A DNA stretch of 44,784 nucleotides from Escherichia phage mutPK1A2: the sequence record NC_047889.1, one strand, 5' to 3'. This document shows, piece by piece, positions 27,870-36,795 of the stretch. The number at the start of each line of letters is the position of its first letter. Positions within the stretch are counted from its first letter, which is position 1. The translations under genes and the position numbers were made by a program. The notes beneath the pieces are model-generated. The model worked only from the letters and a program-made list of their open reading frames with translations. It did no database searches and was not told where the DNA came from.

Positions 27870-28591
27870 TGGCTATAGGTTCAGCCGTTATGTCTGGTAT
27901 GTCTTCTATTGGTAGTATGTTTGCAGGCAGCGGTGCAGCAGCCGCTGCTGGAGGTGCTGCCGCAGGTGGCGGAGGTTTGCTAGGTTCACTAGGTGGATTC
28001 CTAAGTGGCTCCACTGCTGGTTTCTCTAATGCTGGCCTTCTTGGTGCTGGCCTTCAAGGGTTAGGCTTGATTGGTGATCTCTTTGGTGGAAGTGATGAAG
28101 CCAAGGCGATGAAGAAAGCACAAGAAGAGCAATGGCGGCAGCAGCTTATTGCTACACAAGAGGCGTACAAGACAGTGGCAGACGCAGAACGTTCTGCTGC
28201 TAAACAATATCATGCAGATGCAATCAGTAATCAGGCTTCACTGCTACAGCAGCGAGCACAGGTTGCATTACTTGCTGGGGCTACTGGTACTGGTGGTAAT
28301 TCTGTGTCCTCTATGCTTAATGACTTAGCAGCAGATGGCGGCAGGAACCAGAGTACTATCATTGATAACTATGAGAATCAGAAGATTAATTTCACCAACC
28401 AGCTTAAGTCTATCCAACGTGGTGGTCAGATGCAGATGCGTGAGTTTAAGAAGCCTTCTGCTATGAATACCTTGGTTAAAGGTATTCCAAGTCTGGCATC
28501 TGCCTATGTAACTGGTAGTAAGTCTGGCAAGGCATTGGGTAAAGCCTTAACTGATTCTCGCACATATTCATCTGGAACAAGAGGTATTTAA
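27869..28591 (+). CDS. Internal virion protein (Gly/Ala-rich N-terminus)
   Basis: 240 aa; low-complexity G/A/S N-terminal region; position after tail tubular B as gp13/gp14 in T7. Confidence 0.65.
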   Translation: MAIGSAVMSGMSSIGSMFAGSGAAAAAGGAAAGGGGLLGSLGGFLSGSTAGFSNAGLLGAGLQGLGLIGDLFGGSDEAKAMKKAQEEQWRQQLIATQEAYKTVADAERSAAKQYHADAISNQASLLQQRAQVALLAGATGTGGNSVSSMLNDLAADGGRNQSTIIDNYENQKINFTNQLKSIQRGGQMQMREFKKPSAMNTLVKGIPSLASAYVTGSKSGKALGKALTDSRTYSSGTRGI

Positions 28592-31539
28592 TGGCAATTG
28601 AGCGACAAGCAGTACAAGGTCTGCCACAAGTGCAGGCCACTTCTCCTAATGTCATGACCTTTGCACCTCAACAAGTGGGAGGTGTGGAGGCTGGCGTGGC
28701 TTCTACCTCCGGTAGTAGGTTTATCGAAGACCTTATTCGTGCAGCAAGCAGCGTGGCTGATGTTACCACTGGTATCCTTAATCAGAAGATTGAGGAAGAT
28801 AAGGTTGTTCAAATGGAACGGGCATATAACGGATTAATGCCTTCTGAGGATGCAACTCGTGGTGGCGCTCGTGCTAACATGCTTGTCAAAGCTCAACTGC
28901 TAGCTAATGATGAAGCAGCACGAATGAAAGACATGGCTACTCGTTTCCAAGGGACGGATGACGAGTGGACACAACTTATGGTTGACTCTCGTAATGAGAT
29001 GCAGAATAAGCTGTTCCAGCAATACCCTGAGTTGCAAGGTGACAAAGATACTATGCGTATGGTCACTAATGTCTTCCAAGAACAGCAGCCTCAGATTTGG
29101 GCTACACGGACCCAGCATAAACTTGACCGTGAACAAGCAGACCGTGAGGATACCTTTGACGGGCGAGTGGCTTCTACTTGGGATTCTAATATTGACCCTG
29201 AAGCATCTGGCTATGCTTTACAGGAACGAATCCGCGAAGGTCTGACTCAAGGATTACTACCTGAACAGATGCACAAGAAGTTAGTCCAGCGGGCAATTTC
29301 ACTTGCACAAGGTGGGGATGTTAGCATGGCTGAAGCACTGAAGTATGTGAAGGACGATAAGGGCGTTTCTGTTTATGCTAAGAATCCACAGCTTATCACA
29401 GCCATCACTAGTGGTAATGCAGTTTGGGCTAGGAATAATGTAGCTGATGTAACTCGTATGTCTTTCGAAGTTAAAGAATCATACCTTGCAGGCGATTTAA
29501 CTGATGAAGAATTATTGGAACGAGCACAGCACATTAATAATCTGACAGGTAACTCTGTCTTCTCTAATTCAGAGCTAGAGGCACTGATGCGCAAACGGGC
29601 TAAGCAGAATGCAGAGCTAGGTGCAATGCAGGATATGCGACGTGAGCTTTACTCCGACCGCCTGACTGGCTTCCAAGGTAAGACTGATAAAGAGAAGAAG
29701 GCTTACATTGATGTTATCAAACAGGATAGCCAACTTTATGCAGACCAGCAAATCAAACAACGTGGCTTGGACCCTTACAGTCAAGAGGCTGAAGCTATTC
29801 GTGGTGCAGTGGAAGTGCAGCGCCTGCAATTCATGAACTCCAAAGGCTTAGTGGATGATACCTTTGAGTCTCGTATCAAAGCCATGGAATCTATGCTATC
29901 GCCTGAGCACTTTGCCAAGGGCGAACCACAGGAGTTGATGACTATTCGCCAGTTGTGGGAACAGTTGCCAGAAGAGAGCCGAGGTGTCTTTGGTGACACG
30001 GTGAATGGCTACATGGATAACTACAACACTGCACTACAAATGGGAGAGACACCTTTGCAGGCTGCAAGGTTTGCGCGTGAAGCACAGCAGAAATTCTCTC
30101 GTACTGAGAAGGAAAACAAGAAGTTCAACTCAGCTATTGGAGATGCACTGGATGAGGTATCTGGTGCTGGCTGGTTTGATGGTAAAACCGAAGTGTCAGA
30201 CTTAGGTAAAGCTATTGCGGAAGAAGAGTTACGAGCTAAGGCCAATATGTTGTGGTCTAGCGGTATGCGTAACATGGATTCTATCAAGAAGGCTTTAATT
30301 ACTTGGGGCAATAAACGCTACACTCAATCAGAGGATGCAAAGACTTCAGGTGGCTATTTCATTAAAGGTGATTACACTTCTGCATCTGATATGCTTATGT
30401 CAGTTGGGAAAGGTGTAAACCCTACCGATGTCCCTCTGGCGCTTGGTAGGTATGTAGAAACACAGATGCCAGAATTGAAGAAGGAGCTTCAAGAGTGGGA
30501 AACTAAGGATGATGTGTACATTGATTACAATGAACAGAAAGGAACTTTTGTGATTCGTGCTGGTGCAGCAGGTCGCCCTCTTTCTGGAGTAATCCCTGTA
30601 ACTTCTTTGGATACCACTTCACTACTGGATTCTGCCTATCAGAAGAAAGTAGAAGAACGAGATAAAGGCGAGTATGTTCATCCCTATCGTACAGGTATCG
30701 GTGCACAAGAACCAATGCCAGCTAAGCCAACTGCCAAAGATATTGGTAAATTTGGACTAGCTAACTTCCTCATGTCTTCTGCTTTTGCTTCTGGTGAGAA
30801 TCTGCCTTCTAACTTCGAGATTAACTATCGAGGTAATATGCAACAATTCTATGACAAGCTAGCTATGGATGAGAATAAAGATAAAGTTGGCTTTAATAAG
30901 GCAACTGGAACCTTTACTCCATATAAAGACGCTCACGGTGAGTCTATCGGTTACGGTCATTTCTTAACGGAAGAAGAGAAGCGAAACGGGTATATTAAGA
31001 TTGGCGATGAACTAGTTCCCTATCGAGGGTCTATGTCTCAGCTTACAGAGAGTAAGGCTCGCGCTCTTATGGAGCAAGATGCTAAGAAGCATGTGCCTCC
31101 TACTCGTGACTGGAAGATTCCGTTTGACCAGATGCATCCTGCACAGCAACGTGGCTTGATGGATTTAACCTACAATTTAGGTAAAGGTGGAATCCAGAAC
31201 TCACCGCGTGCTCTTGCTGCATTCAAAGCTGGTAAACTTACGGAAGGCTTTATCGAAATGCTGGGTACTGCATCTAGTGAAGGTAAACGTGTTTCTGGCT
31301 TACTGAAGCGACGTGCTGAGGCTTACAATATGGCATCTGCTGGTGGTGTGCCTAAGATTACCGAAGTGGAGACTCGTGAAGATGGCTCCATGTGGGTTAG
31401 GTTTGGTGGCCCTATGCCAGCAGGTTCTGTCTCGGCATGGACTCATAAACGTATTGGCGCGGATGGTTGGTATCAGGTTTATGATGCTGCACCTACCAAG
31501 TTAACTAAAGATTCTAAGGTAGGTAAAGTTAAATTGTAG
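28591..31539 (+). CDS. Internal virion protein with C-terminal GH24 lysozyme-like domain
   Basis: 982 aa; C-terminal region (about nt 30900..31330) has T4-lysozyme-like motifs DAHGESIGYGH and LMDLTYNLGKGG. Confidence 0.75.
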   Translation: MAIERQAVQGLPQVQATSPNVMTFAPQQVGGVEAGVASTSGSRFIEDLIRAASSVADVTTGILNQKIEEDKVVQMERAYNGLMPSEDATRGGARANMLVKAQLLANDEAARMKDMATRFQGTDDEWTQLMVDSRNEMQNKLFQQYPELQGDKDTMRMVTNVFQEQQPQIWATRTQHKLDREQADREDTFDGRVASTWDSNIDPEASGYALQERIREGLTQGLLPEQMHKKLVQRAISLAQGGDVSMAEALKYVKDDKGVSVYAKNPQLITAITSGNAVWARNNVADVTRMSFEVKESYLAGDLTDEELLERAQHINNLTGNSVFSNSELEALMRKRAKQNAELGAMQDMRRELYSDRLTGFQGKTDKEKKAYIDVIKQDSQLYADQQIKQRGLDPYSQEAEAIRGAVEVQRLQFMNSKGLVDDTFESRIKAMESMLSPEHFAKGEPQELMTIRQLWEQLPEESRGVFGDTVNGYMDNYNTALQMGETPLQAARFAREAQQKFSRTEKENKKFNSAIGDALDEVSGAGWFDGKTEVSDLGKAIAEEELRAKANMLWSSGMRNMDSIKKALITWGNKRYTQSEDAKTSGGYFIKGDYTSASDMLMSVGKGVNPTDVPLALGRYVETQMPELKKELQEWETKDDVYIDYNEQKGTFVIRAGAAGRPLSGVIPVTSLDTTSLLDSAYQKKVEERDKGEYVHPYRTGIGAQEPMPAKPTAKDIGKFGLANFLMSSAFASGENLPSNFEINYRGNMQQFYDKLAMDENKDKVGFNKATGTFTPYKDAHGESIGYGHFLTEEEKRNGYIKIGDELVPYRGSMSQLTESKARALMEQDAKKHVPPTRDWKIPFDQMHPAQQRGLMDLTYNLGKGGIQNSPRALAAFKAGKLTEGFIEMLGTASSEGKRVSGLLKRRAEAYNMASAGGVPKITEVETREDGSMWVRFGGPMPAGSVSAWTHKRIGADGWYQVYDAAPTKLTKDSKVGKVKL

Positions 31540-31556
31540 TACCTAACTCAAGGCTT

Positions 31557-31572
31557 GTCTCACATGTGAGAC
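31557..31572. repeat. 16-bp palindrome GTCTCACATGTGAGAC (copy 6, extended stem)
   Basis: Exact core with flanks CTT...AGG, followed by TCTTTAT. Confidence 0.85.
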
Positions 31573-31603
31573 AGGTCTTTATGATAGGCACTATGGAGGA
31601 ACT

Positions 31604-34600
31604 ATGGAACAAGATATTAAGACTAATTGGGCTGGATATGTCCAGTCTACTCCTGAGCCGTTTTCTATTGAGGCGGCTCCGGTATCGGCTCCTACGATAC
31701 GCCAGCGTAATGAGTTACAAGAGCAAGTTCTTGAAGCCAAAGCTGATGCGGACATCTTAGGTGCTGTAGGTGCTGCCTTCCAGAATGAATGGTTGGCATT
31801 TGGAGGTAAGCGATGGTATGACCGTGCCACTGCTGATTTCACACCTCAACCTGACTTTGAAATCCAACCGGAGCAACGTGAAGCTCTTCGCTTCAAATAC
31901 GGCACGGATATGATGCAGACAATCACTGAGGGTGTTCGTTCTGAGGATGAATTGAACTTCCGTATTCAGAATGCTGATGAAGACCTTGAGCGTAATAAAC
32001 GTATTGCGCAGGCTGGCTGGGTTGGCTCTGTGGCAACGATTGGTGCTGCTGTGCTTGACCCTGTTGGCTGGGTTGCCTCTATTCCAACCGGTGGTGCAGC
32101 TAAAGTTGGACTTGTAGGCCGTGCTGTGCGTGGTGCTATCGCCGCTGGCGTGAGTAATGCCGCTATTGAATCCGTATTGGTCCAAGGTGACATGACTCGT
32201 GATTTAGATGACATTATGGTGGCACTAGGCTCAGGTATGGCGATGGGTGGCGTTATCGGCGCTGTAGCGCGTGGTAGGGCCACTAAGCTCAGTGAGCAAG
32301 GGGATGACAGAGCGGCAAGCATTGTGCGCAGTGCAGACGCAGGGGACCGCTATGTGCGTGCTGTTGCTGATGACAGTATCGGTGCGATGCGTGTTAAGGG
32401 TGAAGAGGTACTCACTGAGGGTGCATTTGATATCTCTAGCAAAGGTGAAGATTTGCTGAAAATCCTACAGCGGGAAGGTAATGCAATTGATATGACACCT
32501 CGCCGCTGGGCCGGAACTATGTCTGCCCTTGGGACTGTCGTGCACTCCTCTCAGGATGCTAGTGTTCGTGGCCTCGGTGCTCGCCTGTTTGAGTCTCCGC
32601 AAGGTTTAGGTATGCAAAAGGCATCTGCCAGTCTTATGCAGAATACCAACTTGAATCGACTGAAGTCTGCTGATATGAACCGTTTCAATGACGGGTTTGA
32701 CTTATGGCTCAAAGAGAATAATATCAATCCAGTTGCAGGCCATACTAACTCTCACTATGTGCAACAATATAATGAGAAGGTATGGGAAGCTGTACGCATC
32801 GGTATGGATGAGTCTACGCCTAAGTCTATCCGTATGGCAGCAGAGGGGCAGCAAGCTATGTATCGTGAAGCATTAGCATTACGTCAACGCTCTGGTGAAG
32901 CTGGGTTTGAAAAGGTCAAAGCAGATGATAAGTACATGCCTGATATTTTTGACAGTATGAAGGCTCGTCGTCAATTCGGTATGCACGATAAAGAGGACAT
33001 CATTGAGCTATTCTCTCGTGCATACCAGAATGGTTCTCGTAAGGTTCCAAAGGAAGTGGCTGATGAGATTGCACGTGCACAAGTAAACCGTGTTGTGGAT
33101 GCCACTCTGACAGGACGTATGAGTTTCGAAAAGGCTATGTCTGGTCAGACTAAAGCAGAGTATGAAGCAATAATGCGCAAGGCAGGCTTCAGTGATGAAG
33201 AAATTGAAAAGATGGTAGAAGCTCTGGATAATAAAGAAACCAGAGATAATATCTCTAACCGAGCTAAGATGAGTTTAGGCTTAGATGTTACTCAAGAGTA
33301 CAATGGCATTCGTATGCGTGACTTTATGAATACTAACGTGGAAGAGTTAACAGATAACTACATGAAGGAAGCGGCAGGTGGTGCTGCCTTGGCTCGTCAA
33401 GGTTTCTCTACCTATCAGGCTGCACTTAATGCAATTGACCTTGTAGAGCGAAATGCACGAAATGCAGCTAAAGATACAAAAGCGCACGCACAATTTGAAG
33501 CGGAGTCTGCTAAGATTCGTCAATCAGAGCCTGATTACAAGAAGGCACAAGAGAAGATTGAAGAGTTAAAGAAGCGACTTAAATTGAAAGAGAAAGATGA
33601 AGCAGCTGGTCTGGCTATTGATGAAGAAATCCGTCAGATGCGAGAAGGGCTTCGCTTGATTATGGGTAAATCTATCGATGCAGACCCACAGGCTTTGTCT
33701 ACTAAAATGCTGCGTCGTGGTCGTGACATTACAGGTGTACTTCGCTTAGGTCAGATGGGCTTCGCACAGCTAGGTGAACTTGCTAACTTCATGGGTGAGT
33801 TTGGTATTGCTGCAACCACTATAGCTTTAGGTAAGCAATTCCGCTTTACATCTAAGGCTTTGCGGAGCGGTGATGGCTTCTTCCGAGATAAGAACTTGGC
33901 AGAAGTAGAGAGGATGGTAGGTTACATTGGTGAGGATAACTGGCTAACAACCAAGGGTGCACGTCCAGATGAGTTTGGTGATGTAACCACAGTAAGAGGG
34001 ATGATGGCTCACTTTGACCAATCCATGAACTCAATACGTCGTGCTCAGACCAACCTATCACTCTTCCGAATGGCACAAGGCTCTCTGGAGCGAATGACCA
34101 ATAGGCAAATAGCTTTGTCTTTCATTGACCACCTTGAAGGCAAGAGGATTATTCCTCAGAAGAAACTGGAGGAACTTGGTCTTACTCAGGAGTTCATGAC
34201 TAACCTACAGAAGCACTATGATGCTAACTCTAAAGGTTCTGGCTTGCTTGGCTTTGATACAATGCCTTATGCCATGGGTGAAACTTTAGCTAATGCTATT
34301 CGTCGTAAGTCAGGTATAATTATCCAACGTAACTTCATTGGTGATGAAGGTATCTGGATGAACAAAGCACTAGGTAAGACATTTGCACAGCTTAAGTCAT
34401 TCTCTCTTGTATCTGGTGAGAAGCAATTTGGTCGAGGGATTCGCCACGATAAAATTGGTCTTGCTAAGAAGACAGCTTACGGGTTTGCTTTGGGTTCAAT
34501 AGTGTATGCGGCAAAAGCCTATGTGAACTCTATTGGGCGAGAAGACCAAGATGAATATTTGGAAGAGAAGTTATCGCCTAAAGGGTTGGCCTTTGGTGCA

Positions 34601-34912
34601 ATGGGTATGATGAGTACAACTGCTGTATTTAGTCTAGGTGGAGATTTCTTAGGTGGCCTAGGTGTTCTACCTTCCGAACTCATTCAATCACGCTATGAAG
34701 CAGGTTTCCAAAGTAAGGGTCTGATTGACCAAATACCTCTGGTTGGCGTTGGTGCAGATGCAGTAAATCTGGCTAATTCAATCAAGAGGTATGCAGAAGG
34801 TGACACAGAAGGTGTAGATGTCGCTAAGCGAGCACTTCGTCTTGTGCCACTAACTAATGTAATAGGTGTCCAAAACGCATTGCGTTATGGCTTAGATGAA
34901 CTGGAGGATTGA
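31604..34912 (+). CDS. Large internal virion (core/ejection) protein
   Basis: 1102 aa; RBS GGAGG; position and size consistent with T7 gp15/gp16-class core proteins. Confidence 0.75.
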   Translation: MEQDIKTNWAGYVQSTPEPFSIEAAPVSAPTIRQRNELQEQVLEAKADADILGAVGAAFQNEWLAFGGKRWYDRATADFTPQPDFEIQPEQREALRFKYGTDMMQTITEGVRSEDELNFRIQNADEDLERNKRIAQAGWVGSVATIGAAVLDPVGWVASIPTGGAAKVGLVGRAVRGAIAAGVSNAAIESVLVQGDMTRDLDDIMVALGSGMAMGGVIGAVARGRATKLSEQGDDRAASIVRSADAGDRYVRAVADDSIGAMRVKGEEVLTEGAFDISSKGEDLLKILQREGNAIDMTPRRWAGTMSALGTVVHSSQDASVRGLGARLFESPQGLGMQKASASLMQNTNLNRLKSADMNRFNDGFDLWLKENNINPVAGHTNSHYVQQYNEKVWEAVRIGMDESTPKSIRMAAEGQQAMYREALALRQRSGEAGFEKVKADDKYMPDIFDSMKARRQFGMHDKEDIIELFSRAYQNGSRKVPKEVADEIARAQVNRVVDATLTGRMSFEKAMSGQTKAEYEAIMRKAGFSDEEIEKMVEALDNKETRDNISNRAKMSLGLDVTQEYNGIRMRDFMNTNVEELTDNYMKEAAGGAALARQGFSTYQAALNAIDLVERNARNAAKDTKAHAQFEAESAKIRQSEPDYKKAQEKIEELKKRLKLKEKDEAAGLAIDEEIRQMREGLRLIMGKSIDADPQALSTKMLRRGRDITGVLRLGQMGFAQLGELANFMGEFGIAATTIALGKQFRFTSKALRSGDGFFRDKNLAEVERMVGYIGEDNWLTTKGARPDEFGDVTTVRGMMAHFDQSMNSIRRAQTNLSLFRMAQGSLERMTNRQIALSFIDHLEGKRIIPQKKLEELGLTQEFMTNLQKHYDANSKGSGLLGFDTMPYAMGETLANAIRRKSGIIIQRNFIGDEGIWMNKALGKTFAQLKSFSLVSGEKQFGRGIRHDKIGLAKKTAYGFALGSIVYAAKAYVNSIGREDQDEYLEEKLSPKGLAFGAMGMMSTTAVFSLGGDFLGGLGVLPSELIQSRYEAGFQSKGLIDQIPLVGVGADAVNLANSIKRYAEGDTEGVDVAKRALRLVPLTNVIGVQNALRYGLDELED

Positions 34913-35874
34913 TGAGTTATACTTTCACAGAACATATAGCCAACGGTACGCAAGTTACCTATCCCTTTAGCTTTGCTGGTAGGGATAAAGGTTATCTTCG
35001 TGCCTCAGATGTGATAGTGGAATCTCTTCAAGGTAACACTTGGATTGAGGTTACATCTGGCTGGCAATTAACTGGTACGCATCAAATCACTTTTGATGTA
35101 GCACCCGTTGCAGGTTTGAAGTTCCGTATTCGAAGGGAAGTACAAAAGGAATATCCATACGCTGAGTTTGACCGTGGTGTTACCTTGGATATGAAGTCTT
35201 TAAATGGTTCTTTCATTCATATACTGGAGATTACACAGGAGTTACTTGATGGGTTTTATCCAGAAGGATACTTCATTAAGCAGAATGTAAGCTGGGGCGG
35301 CAATAAGATTACTGACCTAGCTGATGGTGAGAATCCAAAAGATGCAGTAAATAAATCACAGCTAGATGCTATCGACAAGAAGCATACTGATTGGAACTCT
35401 GCACAAGACATAGAGATTGCTGGTATTAAGAGAGGGATGGTGTCTGGTGTATCGCATCGCACTATCCCTTGGTATATGGTCGCCTCCGGTGGAGAGCAAA
35501 TCATTCGACCACCTTACTCATTTGATGATGCTATGGTGTTTATAAACGGTGTATTCCAGCATGAACTAGCAGGTGCAGTATCAGTGGGGTATGATGTTAT
35601 AACCCTGTCCGAGCCATTACAGGCTGGGGATGAAGTTTATGTGCTTATCGGTAGTCGCTTAACCCCACCTACAAGTGCGGATACTATCCTCTTTACACAA
35701 GCAGTGAGTGAAGGTACACAATCTATCGACATTGTAACGGCTTTCCAACGTCTTGATGTATATTTAGATGGCCTGTATCAACCTAATAATGCTTATGAAA
35801 TCGTAGGGTCTACTATCACTTTCAGTGAGCCATTACCTGAGTGTGTCGTAAGTATGAAGTTACAACTAGTGTAA
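34912..35874 (+). CDS. Tail fiber-like adaptor protein (T7 gp17 N-terminal domain homolog)
   Basis: 320 aa from ATG 34912; N-terminal pattern resembles the T7 gp17 tail-attachment domain; short length fits an adaptor that carries separate tailspikes. Confidence 0.65.
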   Translation: MSYTFTEHIANGTQVTYPFSFAGRDKGYLRASDVIVESLQGNTWIEVTSGWQLTGTHQITFDVAPVAGLKFRIRREVQKEYPYAEFDRGVTLDMKSLNGSFIHILEITQELLDGFYPEGYFIKQNVSWGGNKITDLADGENPKDAVNKSQLDAIDKKHTDWNSAQDIEIAGIKRGMVSGVSHRTIPWYMVASGGEQIIRPPYSFDDAMVFINGVFQHELAGAVSVGYDVITLSEPLQAGDEVYVLIGSRLTPPTSADTILFTQAVSEGTQSIDIVTAFQRLDVYLDGLYQPNNAYEIVGSTITFSEPLPECVVSMKLQLV

Positions 35875-35883
35875 GGAGGTGCA

Positions 35884-36078
35884 ATGATTAACTCCGAACT
35901 GGTAGATAGTGGTGTGAAGCTGGCGCCACCTGCATTAGTATCAGGTGGGTACTTCCTCGGTATCAGTTGGGATAATTGGGTGTTAATAGCAACATTCATT
36001 TATACCGTGTTGCAAATTGGAGACTGGTTTTATAATAAGTTCAAGATTTGGAGGGAGAAGCGTGAGCGTACACAATAA
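35884..36078 (+). CDS. Holin (T7 gp17.5-like)
   Basis: 64 aa; RBS AAGGAGGTG; LGISWDNWVLIATFIYTVLQIG resembles T7 holin FGLSLNEWFYVAAIAYTVVQIG; one TM helix and a basic C-terminus. Confidence 0.7.
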   Translation: MINSELVDSGVKLAPPALVSGGYFLGISWDNWVLIATFIYTVLQIGDWFYNKFKIWREKRERTQ

Positions 36079-36361
36079 ACATGCAGCTACAGAGGATGAG
36101 GTTGGCATTCTGCATGGTGCTATTACCAAGATGTTCAACAAGAAAGCACAGGCAATACTGGACACTATAGAAGGGGATCCAGATGCAGCACTGGCTTTAG
36201 TGTCCGGTAAGGACATTGGAGCTATGTGTAAGTGGGTACTGGATAATGGCATCACTGCTACACCTGCTGCACAGCAGGAAGAATCCAAGTTATCTAAGCG
36301 CCTCAAGGCTATCCGAGAGGCATCAAGTGGCAAGATTATTCAGTTTACAAAAGAGGAGTAA
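36062..36361 (+). CDS. Putative terminase small subunit
   Basis: About 100 aa from GTG 36062 behind GGAGGG (track start 36017 is TTG inside the holin gene); upstream of large terminase. Function by position only. Confidence 0.45.
   Translation: MSVHNKHAATEDEVGILHGAITKMFNKKAQAILDTIEGDPDAALALVSGKDIGAMCKWVLDNGITATPAAQQEESKLSKRLKAIREASSGKIIQFTKEE
36154..36176 (+). promoter_or_regulatory. Promoter-like element AATACTGGACACTATAGAAGGGG inside the small terminase gene
   Basis: Core CTGGACACTATAGAAGG conserved; would drive HNH and large terminase. Confidence 0.5.
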
Positions 36362-36364
36362 GAG

Positions 36365-36697
36365 ATGATAAAGCAGATAGAGGAGGAAGGATATACAATA
36401 CTGCCGGAAGGTGTGATTCTTAGTAAGAGAAAACAACCTATGCGGTTTAGTGTTAACCATAAAGGCTATGCACGTATTGGTTTGATGCTAAAAGGCAAGC
36501 AACGCTTCTTCTATCTGCACGTCATTATTGCTACTAAATTCTGTAAGAAGCTACCACACCATACTCAAGTTAATCATAAAGATGGCAATAAATTGAATAA
36601 CGCTAAAGATAACTTAGAGTGGTGTACTGCTAGCGAAACATACTGCACAAATACCATGGAGACATACAAGGAGATATTACTTTGTACTCTAAGATGA
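36365..36697 (+). CDS. HNH endonuclease (homing-endonuclease type)
   Basis: 110 aa; HKGYARIGL...FFYLHVIIATKF...VNHKDGNKLNNAKDNLEWCTASE is the HNH_3-type motif pattern; strong RBS AGGAG. Confidence 0.8.
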   Translation: MIKQIEEEGYTILPEGVILSKRKQPMRFSVNHKGYARIGLMLKGKQRFFYLHVIIATKFCKKLPHHTQVNHKDGNKLNNAKDNLEWCTASETYCTNTMETYKEILLCTLR

Positions 36698-36795
36698 AAG
36701 AACTAAGAGCTGTAGGAATGACCTATAAGCAGATAGCACAGAGCTTAAATGTAAGTGTGGCTACCGTGTTTAAACATTGTAAGGCAGGTGATTGA
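36694..36795 (+). CDS. Small helix-turn-helix ORF (33 aa), possibly the detached DNA-binding tail of the HNH endonuclease
   Basis: MKELRAVGMTYKQIAQSLNVSVATVFKHCK reads as an HTH; its ATG overlaps the HNH stop (ATGA) in the -1 frame and its stop overlaps the large terminase start. Confidence 0.4.
   Translation: MKELRAVGMTYKQIAQSLNVSVATVFKHCKAGD

Noticed and set aside
27869-28100. Gly/Ala-rich low-complexity stretch (AGSGAAAAAGGAAAGGGGLLGSLGG)
   Set aside because: Considered as a repeat or artefact, but it is in frame within the internal virion protein and such flexible G/A-rich segments are common in phage internal proteins.
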